Source: Octopus sinensis | Taxonomy: Eukaryota | Length of the DNA: 64,000 nt | Assembly (NCBI RefSeq): GCF_006345805.1 | Contig: NC_042998.1 | Span: forward strand, 146,258,001-146,322,000 | Direction: 5' to 3' | Shown here: positions 38,970-52,536 of the stretch, one piece after another | Layout: the number at the start of each line of letters is the position of its first letter | Numbering within the stretch: the stretch's first letter is position 1 | The notes under the pieces: generated by a model | Databases searched by the model: none | The model's input: the letters and a program-made list of their open reading frames with translations, nothing else | What the model was told of the DNA's origin: nothing | Position numbers and translations under genes: made by a program

Positions 38970-39200
38970 AGCTGAGAAGTTCTATAAGCTGAGAATTTCG
39001 AATAGCATAGTCAAATTCGTCCTGCAATATGGTACCGAGTCATGGGAAAATAGACATAGATATCGTCAGAGAGTTTCTAACGTTCAGGATTAGGTGTCTC
39101 CGAAAATATCAAAGCATTGAATATCCTACGATTGTGAGCAACAAAGACATCTCGATCAAACCTGCCGATCAACAAATAACTGAATATAAATAGAGATAGT
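38970..39200 (+). mobile_element. Decayed RTE-like RT C-terminal fragment
   Basis: Broken frames read KLRI.NSIVK.VLQYGTESW..FRIRCLR..VSNKD. Confidence 0.5.
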
Positions 39201-39324
39201 CACATGTCACCCCGACATTTTAAGTGCTCCTATTTCCTAGTTGGTAACTTGTTCTTTTACTCCGTCCTACTACTTTTCTGACTCAGTGAGGGTGTGTAGC
39301 ACCTGGTGTGACTCAGTTGTAGTT

Positions 39325-39520
39325 CAGTTGTCAACAAATCTCAGAGCAATTATTGCAAGACTGTTGCCCTCAACTGCAGCTGCAACAGCCTCTACCACCT
39401 CACAGTCATTACAAAGCCAGGCAAAGAGATGTGCATTTTGTGTCAGGTCAAAGGATTGAAACATGTTTGAGTAATCACAATAAAATAACTGTGATTTGCA
39501 CAAATTACAAGAATGTAGCA
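39325..39520 (+). pseudogene. piggyBac-like transposase C-terminal Cys-rich domain remnant
   Basis: LSTNLRAIIARLL..KRCAFCVRSKD followed, in a shifted frame, by CLSNHNKITVICTN. Confidence 0.5.
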
Positions 39521-39567
39521 ACCAGTGGTGAATACGAGTGAACGGTAATATCTATATAATGAGTGAA

Positions 39568-39800
39568 GGCGGCGAGCTGGCAGAATCGTTAGCACGCCGG
39601 GCGAAATGCTTAGCGGTATTTCGTCTGCCGCTACGGTCTGAGTTCAAATTCCGCCGAGGTCGATTTTGCCTTTCCTCCTTTCGGGGTCGATTAAATAAGT
39701 ACCAGTTACGCACTGGGGTCGATATAATCGACTTAATCCGTGTGTCTGTCCTTGTTTGTCCACTCTATGTTTAACCCCTTGTGGGTAGTAAAGAAATAGG
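39568..39800 (+). mobile_element. SINE family A variant with 19-bp TSD
   Basis: GGTAATATCTATATAATGA at 39544-39562 and 39799-39817; tail ..GTGGGTAGTAAAGAAATAGG. Confidence 0.92.
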
Positions 39801-40279
39801 TAATATCTATATAATGAATTCACATTGATTTTTCTTTCCATTTCAATTCATGGAAATACATTGTGGCTATTTTGATGAATAAAACTTTTTTTCTATTATA
39901 GTACTGGTGTGTTTCATCTACAATTTACAGTTATTTATGCAACAAATTTATTATAATTTTCATCTCAGTTTTGATTTAATGTATATTGTAACGGAGATTG
40001 CCTGTTATGCTATTTTTTCAGCAGTATGACAATATTTTACATAATTGTAACACTATAAACATTTTTGTATTGGGGTATGTAAACACCCGAAGGGACTATC
40101 AGTTTTCGGAAATCCGAGGTGACTAAATCAGGGTTCATAAGACCAAGGTGATAATTGGAATCCAATAGGCGAAAGGCGGAATGAAATGACTGGGTGCCAC
40201 TCTTTGGACACTGAGGATTTGGCGCAGCTGGCTGGACGTTCAGTCTGTTTTGGTGACAGTGCATATTAGCAAAGGAGAT

Positions 40280-40321
<42 letters not shown>

Positions 40322-40399
40322 CACACACACACACAACACACCACACACACATACCCAGTGTACGCAGAAATATACACATACAGTTACAACACACACGCA

Positions 40400-40475
<76 letters not shown>

Positions 40476-40781
40476 TAAATGCTCACACATATCAACAGAA
40501 AGAGGACAAGGGAGAGAAACATTAAAATGTCTGAGGTTAAGTCCGCGTCGAATCAGCGGCGCCAAAAAGCCACCTCATCCAACGGAAATAAAGAAGGCAT
40601 CCGAAGACCACTATACGAAGATCAACAGAAGATGATCGGGATGACATAGAAATAAAAGCATGGAAAAAAAAACCCAGCTGCACCAGGAATCCAAAGAGAA
40701 AAACGATTAAGCGAACGCTGATATATTTTGTTTGTATTTTATTACCACACACTTCTGTTGTAGCTTTTCTATAACGCTCAC

Positions 40782-41180
40782 GGATCTTTTCCTTTTGAAC
40801 GGCAGTTTTCAACACAATTTCTACTTAACTAAACTCTTTTAAACTTCGTATACTGGTAAAATGTGTCAAAATAAAACATTTTTTTCTCTTGGCTTTCTTG
40901 AGAAAATTGTAATTTGTAAGTTTAACGTAGTTTAATTTTTCGAATTTTAACCAATCAATGGCCTCTATTGAGCTAAAATCATTTGCTGCGTTTAAAACTG
41001 AGACAACATCCTGTCACTAACCCTAACCCTAACCCTAACACTAACCCTAACCCTAACCTTAAATTTTAGCCTTTCGTTTTTTTTTCTTAATTGTTAAATT
41101 AATTTAATTGTTACGCGTGTGTCTAAAATTATTCGTTTTGTTTTTGTTTCGAGTTTTTGTTTTGAGATACACGTGTATAC
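40782..41180. mobile_element. GGATCTTT foldback element, one end, with (CCCTAA)n at ~41018-41060
   Basis: Near-identical to 58828-59190; interrupted by the pogo-type element. Confidence 0.85.
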
Positions 41181-41187
41181 TCGAGAT

Positions 41188-41689
41188 ACTCGAGTATAGT
41201 CTGCCCTTGAGTATAATACGCAGGGGATTTTTAGGGTGCTGTACTTCTGAGAAACCTAAACCTTGTGTATAATACGCACCCCTTCTCTAACTTGAGTCGT
41301 ACGTAATTAAGCCAGTAGCACCTAGTCGAACAAACACTTCCGTGCATGCGTAATACAATAATAGTGATGTTCTTAACTGTTATATGGGAATGTAAATATG
41401 TTTGCAAATTGTTTTGTTACATGTTCTGAATACTTTTATTTTCATAAATGTTGCTTACTGCAAGTTATAGATGATTCTTTTATGACTTCATTGCTTTCAG
41501 GCTTAGCTTAAGGTATTTTCGCGCCCGAGATCACAAAATGCGTCTGAATAAGCATTGTCGGACAGCAAACAGAGACTCGGACATTGCTTAGAAAATATTT
41601 TTCATTTTTAACCTCGTATATAGTACGCACTAGGGATTTTGACCTTTAAATTTTGGGAAAAAATGCGGATTATACTCGAGGATTTACGG
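41188..41689. mobile_element. pogo/Tigger-type element, second copy
   Basis: Collinear with 18818-19329. Right TIR TATACTCGAGGATTTACGG plus TA; left end clipped. Confidence 0.85.
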
Positions 41690-43132
41690 TATTTATAAAA
41701 AAACTCAACATAAAATACTCTCTATAGCTTCTTCACGGTCTGCTGGAGTAATTCTCCTTATGATATATTCGCATATCATAAAGAAATTGTTGAAATTAGT
41801 CATTACTCATTTTGCCCCAGTTTAGACATAATTTTTTGAGAACTGGAAATTATCAAATTAGACATTAATGCGGGAAAAATTGACTTGGAATCCAACAGAG
41901 AAAAGAATATTGATTGTAAAACATCAAAAATTATCCAGATATTTCATTAGCAACTTCAATTATTATACAAACGGGTCAAAGATGAGGAAAAATTTCTTGA
42001 AAAAACGTATCTAATTCTCACAACTCCAACAGAAGCAACTATGCTGAAAAGTGTTTACTCCCAAAGGTGGTGCCACAATGCAACATGATGATGCAAATTC
42101 TGCAACATAACAGGTAGTAGGGAAGAAATAATAAGAAATCAGAAATTGCTCATTTTGCCCCAGTTACCAATTTTGCACCCCACTCCGTCAATCGAATATA
42201 GATTTAATAAATGATTTAAACTATCGAAATGGAATATTTTACTTATTTGTAGCTTAAGAATAAACGATATTTTTGTTTCCACACGTACGAACGCTAATGG
42301 CGTGTGCACATATGTTCATATCACCCACTCTCTCCTTTACAAAAACACACACACATGCATACACAGATAATTGTCGTGTGTGTGTGTGTGTGGGGGGGGG
42401 TTGAAGTATGTGCATGTGTGCACGTGCTAGTAATGTTCGTTTGAATCTCTTTCTCTCCTGCACATATACTTTTACCACTCCTTTTTCCCAGTAGGACAGA
42501 TTGTTTACACTACAGGATTTTATCGCAAGCACTTTAATATAACAGATAAATGCTAGATCGTGGGATCTCGAAAATTTACGAAAGATTTATAGAGTACAGT
42601 AAAAAAATTTAATTTATAAAAATAGTAACGGAAAGTGATAACGTTGTGACCTGGATATGATAAATAAAACAAATAGATTTAACAAAACTGAAGACTTTAG
42701 TTGAAACTGATCGAAATATTTCAAGGACTGGTTCAAGGTGATGATGTGACAGATAAAATTAATTGTTTATTTCTATTTATATACATGAGGTGAAATGTAA
42801 TCTACATGAAACAAATATGGTTTGACTTTTAAATGTATAATGTAAACAGCATGATAGACTCTAGCCATTTGTATTCGTTATCTGAACTATAGATATCGAA
42901 GGAAAGAGAGTGTTGACAAAATAAATTAGCTACTTCTCTACATATGTTGCTGAGCGAATTTCACTTGAAACATGCATTAGTAGGTCCTCAATCGGGGTTC
43001 ATATGACCCCTAGGGATCTAATGTAAGATTTTTGATGTCCATGCAAGCAAAATGGTAAATTGGAGATCCATGGTAGTATTTTAAGAGTCCATGAAAAAGT
43101 TTTGCTTTAGACGTATTTTTGCAAGAAACAGC

Positions 43133-44041
43133 GGATCTTTTCGCTTTGACCGGCAGATTTTAAAATAATTTCTTTGTAACTAAACACTTTTAAACTTCGT
43201 ATACTGGTAGAATGTGTTTATAAAAAATATTTTTCTCTTGGCTTTCTTGAGAAAATTCTGTAGTTTGTAAGCTATTTGTTGTTTAATTTCTTGCATTTCG
43301 GCAATTTCAACCAATCAATGACGTCTATTGAGGTGAATACAATCTCTCTGGATCTTTGTCAACAACAATTATTTGCGGTGTCATATGAATTTGTCACTGT
43401 TATTTATAAGAAAAAAGATACCCTGTGACCATAAACTGAGGGGTCACTCGTAAACAGAGCTGGATAACAAAACCGTTCCCTCTTTAGTGTCCACCAATAA
43501 TTATGACCCTAATATCGATCTATTGCATTTCAATCTGGGTTAGGGTTAGGGTTGGGTTAGGGTTATGGTTATGGTTAGAGTTAAGGTTAGAGTTAGGGTT
43601 AGGGTTAGAGTTAGGGTTAGGGTTGGGTTAGGGTTAGGGTTAGGGTTAGGGTTAGGGTTAGGGGTGGGGGGAAGGTATATTTTTTTTCTTCAGAAATGTA
43701 AATAAACCCAATCTGTTTCTTAGGGAAATTAAAACTGCATATGTTGTGAACTCAGAATATGTGTTTATTAATAAAAGTTTAATAACGATAATCTTTTATT
43801 CATACGAACGTAACTGATATGAAATATGTCATAAATAACAGTGACAAATTCATATGACACCGCAAATAATTGTTGTTGGCAAAGATCCGGAGAGACTGTA
43901 TTCACCTCAATAGTTGTCATTGATTGGTTGAAATTGCCGAAATGCAAGAAATTAAACAGCAAATAAATAGCTTACAAACTACAGAATGTTTAGTTACAAA
44001 GAAATTATTTTTAAAATCTGCCGGTCAAAGCGAAAAGATCC
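43133..44041. mobile_element. Complete GGATCTTT foldback element with (TTAGGG)n core
   Basis: TIR GGATCTTTTCGCTTTGACCGGCAGATTTT at both ends. 8-bp TSD GAAACAGC at 43125-43132 and 44042-44049. TTAGGG array at ~43548-43642. Confidence 0.93.
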
Positions 44042-44051
44042 GAAACAGCTC

Positions 44052-44653
44052 GGATCTTTACCTTTTGACCTACAGATTAAAAAATAATTTTTTGTGACTA
44101 AACACTTTCAAACTTCGTATACTGGTAGAAAGTGTCACATAAAACATCTTTTACTCTTGGCGTTGTTGAGAAAATTCTGTAGTTTGGAAGTTATTTCTTG
44201 TTAAAATTTTCGCATTTCGGTAATTTCAACCAATCAATGACGTGTATAAAATTACAGCTGAATAAAATTACTGCCGTTGTTTGTCAACAACAACTATCGG
44301 CGGTGTATATTTCATTTGTCACTGTTATTTATGACATTGTTCGTGCGTTTGTACTGGTTCTAGCTTTAGGGTTTTACGGTTTTACGGTTAGGGTTTTAGG
44401 GTTAGGGCTAGGGTTTTAGGGTCAGAGCTAGGGTTAGGGTTTTAGAGTTAGGGTTAGGATTTTAGGATTAGGGTTAGAGTTACGGTTAGGGTTGGCGTTT
44501 TAGGGTTAGAGTTACGGAAAAAAATTAAAAATGAAGCACAAACGATTATGGTGGTGCCATGAAGTAAACATGCTTCAGATACACTCATTTATTCATACAA
44601 CCGTAACTTAGATGAAATATGTTATAAATAACAGTGACAAACGAAATATACAC
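44052..44653. mobile_element. GGATCTTT foldback element, right arm mostly deleted, degenerate TTAGGG core
   Basis: Starts GGATCTTTACCTTTTGACC; same subfamily as 35873-36771, in opposite orientation. Confidence 0.85.
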
Positions 44654-44869
44654 AGCTCAATTTCTTTTTCTAACCTTTTACATAGTTGAAACTACACATG
44701 AGAATGTGTGATGAACAAAATAGGAATTTTGAAAAAAGTATCTATGAAACTAGTTTTTAATCACCGAATGACTGTTGGACCATCAGAATAGAATAGCAAT
44801 CAAAGGCGTCCATAGCTAAAAAACGGTTGAGACTGCGACGCCGTCGATGGTTCTACTAAAGATTTTTTT

Positions 44870-45060
44870 CTTTCTACTACAGGCACAAAATTTGAACTTT
44901 CGACGAGCGGGAGGTGGGTGACTAGTTGATTACATCGAGCAAACACTCAACTGGTACTTATTTTCAATCTCCGCGGAATTTGAACTCAGAATGTATTGTC
45001 AGAAGAAATGCGGCAAAGCATTTTGTCTGGCGTGCTTACGGTTCCGCCAACTCGCTGCTT
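44870..45060 (-). mobile_element. SINE family A
   Basis: Reverse complement of family A. Confidence 0.65.
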
Positions 45061-45195
45061 TGCTTGACCTAAAATTAGCAGCAATATCTCCTTCAAATTA
45101 CTATCTAAAATAAAATACCGTTTGGATGATGGTATCCTTGACCTATAGTGACAAATGAGATGTGGTGGTCATGGATGATGCATTATTGATCACAA

Positions 45196-47737
45196 GTCAG
45201 TTTATGATATAGGCAAGAAAGTTCTGGGATTGATACAAAGAAAACATCAAGATTGGTTTAAAGAAAATGATGAACATATAGATGATTTATTGACTGATAA
45301 AAGACGTACTTTGTCACGCTATTTGTCAGCAAAGCCACAGGAAAGGGAAGTGTTGCATAGGGAACTCAAGGACGTAAAATCACGTGTGAGACAAAGGCTC
45401 TCTCAGATGAGGGATACGTGGTGGAGTAAGAAGGCTGATGAGATACAGGCGGCATCAGATTCCAATAACACAAAGCTGTTGTATGGTCTCTTGCGAAGAG
45501 TTTATGGACCGACGTCTTCCCTGATGACACCACTTCGGAGCAGGCATAGTAAAGAACTTCTTCGTGTTTCACAAGGAATTCTGCGAAGGTGGCAAGAACA
45601 CTTTGATGAACTTTTGAATCAGCAGTCTGTAGTCAGTGAGGATGTTCTCAATCTCATCCCTGGATTACCTGTGAAGGCAGAAATCGCAGAACCACCAAAG
45701 TTGGAAGAAGTTGCGATGGCTGTCTCAAAGTTGAATAATGGGAAATCTCCGGGTATGGATGGCATACATGCGGAGTAGTTACAGCATGTGGTGAGAAACT
45801 TCTGCAGAAACTTCACTCTTTGTTTGGTAAGATATAGACTAGTGAATCTGTACCTGAGGACTGGAGAGATACAGTAATGGTGGTCCTGTATAAGGGAAAG
45901 GACAACAGGAATGATTGTGGTAATTATAGGGGAGTATCATTACTGTCTGTCGTAGGAAAGGTTTTATGCAGGGTACTTCTGGATCGTCTGCTGAAGTACG
46001 TTGCAGTTTGTGTTCTTCCAGAAAGTCAATCTGACTTTCGTGTGGGATGTGGCACTGCTGATATGATCTTTTCAGCTAGACAGCTTCAGGAGAAGTGTGT
46101 GGAACAGGGTCTGGATTTGTATCAGGTTTTTGTCGATCTGACAAAAGCCTTTGATACCGTCAATAGAAAAGCATTGTGGAAAGTCCTCCAGAAACTTGGG
46201 TGTCCTGAAAAGTTCCTTGCTTTGCTTAGGTCTTTTCATGAAAACATGAATGGTAGGGTGAATGTTAGAGGGAAAATGTCGGAGCCCATTTCAATACAAA
46301 ATGGAGTGAAACAGGGGGATATTCTGGCACCGACCCTATTTTCCATATATTTTGCGATGGTGTTCTGTATTGCATTCAAAAACTGCAGATACGGTGTTTA
46401 TATCCATTATCGAACCTCTGGCAGCATATTTAATATCAGGCACTTTGCTGCAAAAACAAAGTTATTTACCTCTATTATAAGAGACCTTTTGTATGCAGAT
46501 GATTGTGAGCTAGCAGCACACACAGAGATTGATATGCAACACATTTTGAATGCATTCTCTGATGCTTGCACTGCCTTAGGATTGACGGTCAATCTCAAGA
46601 AAACTGTTGTCATGCATCAACCAGCCCCTGGTAAGCAGTATAGTGTACCAAATATCGATGTGTATGCTAAACGACTTGATGTAGTTGATCAGTTTGTCTA
46701 CCTGGGAAGTACTATTAATAGATATAGCAATTTGGATGATGAAATTCCATATAGAATTAGGAAAGCAAGTGTTGCTTTCGGAAGGATAGAAAAGCGCCTC
46801 TGGAGTCGACGAGACATATGCAGAAAGACAAAGACAGAGGTGTACAAGGCATGTGTGATCCCTTCTCTTCTCTATGCCTGCGAGACGTGGGTCACATATC
46901 GATACCACCTTAAACAACTGGAACGTTTCCATCAGATGTGTCTCAGACGGATCTATGGCATTAAGTGGAAGGACCGCATCAGTGATCTTGAAATATTGGA
47001 AGGCTCTCGGTATGAAAGTATAGAAGCTCTTGTGTTAAAGCAAAGGCTCAGATGGAGTGGTCATCTGGTCAGGATGAAGGATTCAAGGATGCCAAAACAA
47101 CTCTTTTATGGAGAGTTAGCTAAAGGAGAACGACCTCCACATAAACCAAAAAAGAGGTATAAGGACTTGCTGAAGGCTTCATTAAGAGATGCTTGCATCT
47201 CTCCTGACACATGGGAAGGCATAGCTATTGATCGTAGCAGGTGGAGAAGGATTGTGAACGAGGGGACAGCCACTTTTGAGAAATCTCGAGTTGCACATGA
47301 GAAAGTAAGGAGGGATGTCAGGAAGGGCATCGCTGTTACACTTCCAGATGGGAAGGGTCTTCCTAAGATGCTGACATGCAGTGTCTGTGCAAGACCCTGC
47401 CTCAGTAAAGCTAGACGCAAGAGTCATCTTCGTAGTCATAAAGCGAGACAGATGACAACCTGGCCACTGGTGGTGGTGTAACACACCATACTACTAATCA
47501 TATCTGTCGGGCATGTGGAAGAGAGTGTAATTTGGCAGGAGGACTTAAACGACATGCAAAGGTACATGAAACCCAGTTACAGCTACAGCCGGCTATTTCC
47601 GGTAAAGGTTTTAGTTGCCAATTCTGTACGATACATTGTAGATCTTTAGCTGGGCTAAAAAGTCACATTCGATCACAGCACCAGTAACAGTTAAGCTTCG
47701 TGCAATGGCCATTACTCGTTAACGAGGGGGCAGCCAT
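45196..47737 (+). mobile_element. 5'-truncated RTE-clade LINE
   Basis: RKHQDWFKEN, NGKSPGMDG, NYRGVSLL, QS.FR, FVDLTKAFDTV, GVKQGDILAP, LLYADD, YLGS, LRWSGH..RM..R.PKQL.YG. Short 3'UTR followed by TA-rich repeat. No APE domain present. Confidence 0.95.
45230..47687 (+). pseudogene. RTE reverse transcriptase ORF with three C-terminal C2H2 fingers
   Basis: ORFs 45230-45778 and 45877-47481 are linked by a stop, a frameshift and a second stop. A further frameshift near 47460 continues to TAA at 47685-47687. YADD at 46492-46503. Confidence 0.9.
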
Positions 47738-47749
47738 AATATATACATA

Positions 47750-47773
47750 CACACTCATATATATATGTGTGTG

Positions 47774-47865
<92 letters not shown>
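47750..47865. repeat. (TA)n microsatellite at the RTE 3' end
   Basis: Read directly. Confidence 0.95.
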
Positions 47866-47872
<7 letters not shown>

Positions 47873-47955
47873 ACACATTTGTGTGTGTCTGTAAAGGGAA
47901 TGCGAGTAAGCCGCAGACTCACTATTAACCGTTTCCTAGTTTAATAAGTATGTAA

Positions 47956-48023
<68 letters not shown>

Positions 48024-48087
48024 TGCACATACACACACACAGAGGAAGAAACGAATTTAAACAATATCCAGCATTTAAAAAAGGTTG

Positions 48088-48966
48088 GGATCTTTTCAAT
48101 TCTGAAGCCAGTTTTTTCAAATTTTTCCTACTGAACCAAACAATTTGAAACTTCGTATACTGGTAGAATGTGTCAAAAGTAAACTTAATTGTAAACCAGA
48201 ATGAAAACGGAATTGTAACTTCTAAGTTTAACGTTGTTTAATAATTAGAATTTTAACCAAGTCATTCGGCTTTATTTTATTTACTCCGTCTCGACCACCA
48301 ATTTGGTGACGTATTAAACATCTTAAATGTAAACAAGCCGCATGTCTCCGTGAAATCTCCTTCTAATTATTTAACGTACTCATGTTTCCAGGATCCTATA
48401 GTCAGCCACCTTCTAATAACAATATTTAAAACTAGTTAATAAGCCACATGTATTAAATTGAAAATGTTTCCATTCTGTTAGTACTTGCTTTCGTTTGCTA
48501 TTAAGAAGTGGCATCTCAGTGACGAGGCTTCTAACAAGATTTCGTTTCTAAGCTAATGCGTTTCATTTCACTTATTGTATTTATTTGTGCAAAAGGCAAG
48601 AAATTTAATATTAAAAAAGCAAAGAGCTGGCAGAAACGTTAGCACGCCGGGCGAAATGCGTAGCCGTATTTCGTCTGCCGTTACGTTCTGTGTTTGTTTA
48701 CAGTTTTCCGAACGTTAGTACGTCACAAAAGCGCTTTCTACGTCACACTAATAGAATGAAGTCAAGTTTTACACATGAAAACAAACAATCTGATTGGTTA
48801 AAATTCGCAGTTTTAATCTACGATTAAAGTCATAAAATAGATTTTTCTCAAATAAACTAGTTCCAACCTGTGTCTTGTTTTGCTAGACTCTATCAGCATA
48901 CGAAGTTTCAGAATATTTAGTTAAGTAGAAAGATCTGTGGTCCTGGCTTCAGAATTGAAAAGATCC
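48088..48966. mobile_element. Complete GGATCTTT foldback element without telomeric core
   Basis: Perfect 24-bp terminal match GGATCTTTTCAATTCTGAAGCCAG. 8-bp TSD AAAGGTTG at 48080-48087 and 48967-48974. SINE A head inside at ~48620-48690. Confidence 0.93.
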
Positions 48967-50509
48967 AAAGGTTGTATTGCAAAATCGCGAATCATCTAGC
49001 ACTTCTTTTTAAATCAGTTTTTAATATCACCACATTCAAGGTAGGAAATTTCTGTAAACTTTACTGAGGTTGTTCATTCTCCAACCTCTTTTTTAGTAGA
49101 AAAGAGACACACCTTGTAGACAAGCCACATAAGTATCTTTACACTATTGTAGGTCGCCTTTTAGCCGGCAATTTCCTGATTGTTTTAGCTAGCGAGTTCT
49201 TTTTGCATGTATTAACTGTGTAGTTTTTCCATGTACAACTGTTGAACATCTTGTGGGTTCAACATCTGCTATGATCTAACTGACATTTTTAGAGCAATTA
49301 AATGGTTTTCATTAACGAAATTAACTCTTGTTTTAACTCTATATTACATCATTCACTTCCCTTCTCACTACAAAAAAGACCTTGCTTGCTTGTATTAAAC
49401 ACGAAACATCATTCGCCGAAAGGCGCACACGCACATGGTCGCACACATACAATTACATATACACACATACACAAACCATTGATAGGCACTTTATTTTATC
49501 GATCCCGGTGAGATGAAAGGTAAAGATGACCTTCGTGGAGAGTAAACTCAGAACGTAAAGAGCCAGAAGAAATTCTGCCAACTCGCCGCCTTAAAACGGT
49601 TTATCTATAATAAAATATGATTATGTGAACAAAGCCTAAGCGTTCCGCTTGATTTGAACCACATTCCAAGGGATTGTAAAGAAGACACCACAAATCAGAA
49701 GTGTGTGTTAATCAAAGAAAGATACGATGATTGGATTGGTTGAAAAGACTTGAAGCAAAAATCGAAACTGCATTGTAAACAAACTTTCTGTGAGTTTACA
49801 GCGTTCAGAGAATTGAAATAGCGAAAACACCTCACATAGGTTATGTCTGCTTCAGTATGGCTGCAGTCCCATGACTACAGGAAGTAAAAGAGTAAAACAA
49901 TGCAGAAGGATGTAAACCACGTTGGAGTTTCTATTTACTCACGAATGGACTGTGCTTGTTATAAGAAAACAGTCTTCACAATGTACACAGCACAATGTTT
50001 CTTAGGTTAATTGACTTCTGCCCTATCAAATCGGTCAATTACATTTCTGTGGGCTCAATACTTTTTAACATCTCTCTTCATATAAATTGTTGACTTATAG
50101 GTATCAACGTATCAACGTTTATTAATACTTCATCACACTACGGTCGTTAACCACTGAGAATAGATTTCTTAACCTTGACCTAACCGTTTACTTATATACA
50201 ATTTACTGATCATTGATAGGGAAGCAAAGGTTAATGGCCGTTACATAAATTACGATATCCCAAAATAACTATCTTGTGCTGCTCGATTGGCGCAACCATC
50301 TGCTCCAAACATGAATTAAAAGATAGATGATAGCATAACATGATTCATTTTGGATTGCATGTCATCTTCACTGATAATAAATAAATACCGATATATTTAA
50401 GATACTACTTGGCTTTCAATGATACCTTAACAAGATCTCATAGTCACAAACATGTGTTCATCGTATGCAAATATTCGATAATAATAGCTGCATTATCTGT
50501 TGCTTTGAA

Positions 50510-50820
50510 GGCGGCGAGCTGGTAGAAACGTTAGCACGCCGAGTGAAATGCGTAGCCGTATTTCGTATGCCGTTACGTTCTGAGTTCAAATTCCGCCGAG
50601 GTCGACTTTGCTTTTCATCCTTTCGGGGTCGATAAATTAAGTACCAGTTACGCACTGGGGTCGATGTAATCGACTTAATCCGTTTGTCTGTCCTTGTTTG
50701 TCCCCTCTGTGTTTAGCCTCTTGTGGGTGGTAAAGAAATAGGTATTTCGTCTGCTGCTACGTTCTGAGTTCAAATTCTGCCTAAGTTATCTTCGCCCTTT
50801 CTCCTTTCGAGCTCGATAAA
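50510..50820 (+). mobile_element. SINE family A variant plus start of a second tandem unit
   Basis: After AAAGAAATAGGT the sequence restarts at ATTTCGTCTG..GAGTTCAAATTC. Confidence 0.85.
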
Positions 50821-52536
50821 AAGAACCCCCCCCCCCAATGGTGAAATAGAGGAGCTGCAATAATCTCGGACTGGGTGCTTTTTACTATCTACCCCGGTCT
50901 TTTTAGTTCTAAGTTCAAATCTCGTCATGGCTTAGTTGGGTGGTAGACGTAATCCCTCGCCCAGTTTAACGCCACCCTGGCCTCATGGGTACCTTTAGCG
51001 AGTACACTCTGTTGCAAGCATTCAGGCCATGTCTTTGATTGAAGATACCGCCCTCCTACTCCCTCCAATCTCAAAGACCCTGCAATGGGTGTTCCCTCCT
51101 GACTAAAATATAAAATTAAAAAGAAAGGTGCGGACTTGATAAATGAAATTATATTAGATCTGTAGCGAATCTTGCATGCATGAAGTAGATTCGATCCACT
51201 ATAGCAAAATTTAAACTAACACTGCTACAGAACTTTTCCCACGGTGGAACAATGGTTTTTCTCTGACAGCAGTTTTACATCTTCCAGATGCCTTTAGCTA
51301 GGCCGAAATAATGTCGTCACCACTTGACCCTTTCAAACCTCTTCTACTTCACCAAAAGCTAGAATAGTGATAACAAGACCACCAACTAAATCTATTGTTC
51401 TCAATGATATATCTATCCTTCTGGATCTTAATATAAGCAAGCACATCCCAAGCAAAAATCAGTCAATCACATCGTGACGACTCAACGAGTCCGGCTGACC
51501 AACCTTGATCAGAGGGGAAAATGAAGTTTACTGTCAGACAACGTCCCACACTCTCTCACTCTCACTCGTTCGAATTCTGTTCTCTTATAACATCATTCTA
51601 TCTCTCTCTGTATTAACTACATTAATCAGATCTAAAGATCGTTACAGATATTGCCACATCATAAGTCATCTTCTACTCACTGATAACACAACGTACCACT
51701 CATATTTTAATCTTGACAAATATATTTTTGAAAATGTTTAAGATGCAAGCATTGTACGTGGTTTAAATCACAGTCGCCCGGAGCCCCGATAGAGTGCTCT
51801 TGATATATGCCGTTCTTTTATAACCTTACAACGCCCCTCCCCAACAGATTGCTATCACCCGGGCTAATGAGTTCTGATCTAGAATTTTAGTCCAAGTGAC
51901 GCCGGACTCACTTTTGTGAGCCTCTTCAGGCTCTATAAATACAGAACCCTTTGCCCCCATATTTTACATGGCTATTAGTGTGACGTTAGTAAAGTGAGGC
52001 GGGTGGTAATCACGTCTTCATGTAGCTAATATTTTACCGTTTTCTTTTCAGTTAGCATTATGCTTTGAACTACTGCATATTGTCTGTTTGCTTTTGAAAC
52101 GTTTTGCTGCACTCTGTATAATATCCTTATACTAAAATACAGCATTAGATGAAATAACGATGTGTATAACATTTGCAGTATATATACAAATATATTGTAG
52201 AATGGCGCTAGCTGTAATATTTTGACTAAGAGAAACTTATCAAAGAGATCTGTACATAAAAAATCCAGAGCACGTTCATAATGTCGTCGAAGAGCGTCAG
52301 ATACAGTGCTTCGACTTTACTCGCTATCTCCAGCTATGAACCCCACGAATCTATGTTTACATATTCATTATAGATGTTATACACATCATTATTATAATCT
52401 CATACTGCTTCTAGCGTGTATATTAATTTAATTCTTACATGGCCAGTTTTATCACAAATCGGTGAATGTTTTGTTTATTGATTTCTTTATGAAAACAAAT
52501 ATCTTTCGGTTTAGTTTATAATATCTGGTGGTGTTC

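Larger units (their letters stand above)
42978..44834 (+). mobile_element. hAT-type MITE split by two foldback insertions
   Basis: 42978-43132 joined to 44654-44834 reconstructs the uninterrupted copy at 61169-61476. Confidence 0.75.

Noticed and set aside
39568-39660. tRNA gene candidates at SINE heads
   Set aside because: A/B boxes are present, but they continue into SINE bodies and I could not fold a complete cloverleaf.
40037-40565. CV/HT-repeat ORFs (also at 38106, 56575, 62884-63310)
   Set aside because: (CA)n/(TG)n repeats.
43548-43642. True telomere or chromosome-fusion scar
   Set aside because: The array lies inside a TIR element with a TSD, and related arrays occur in its paralogues.
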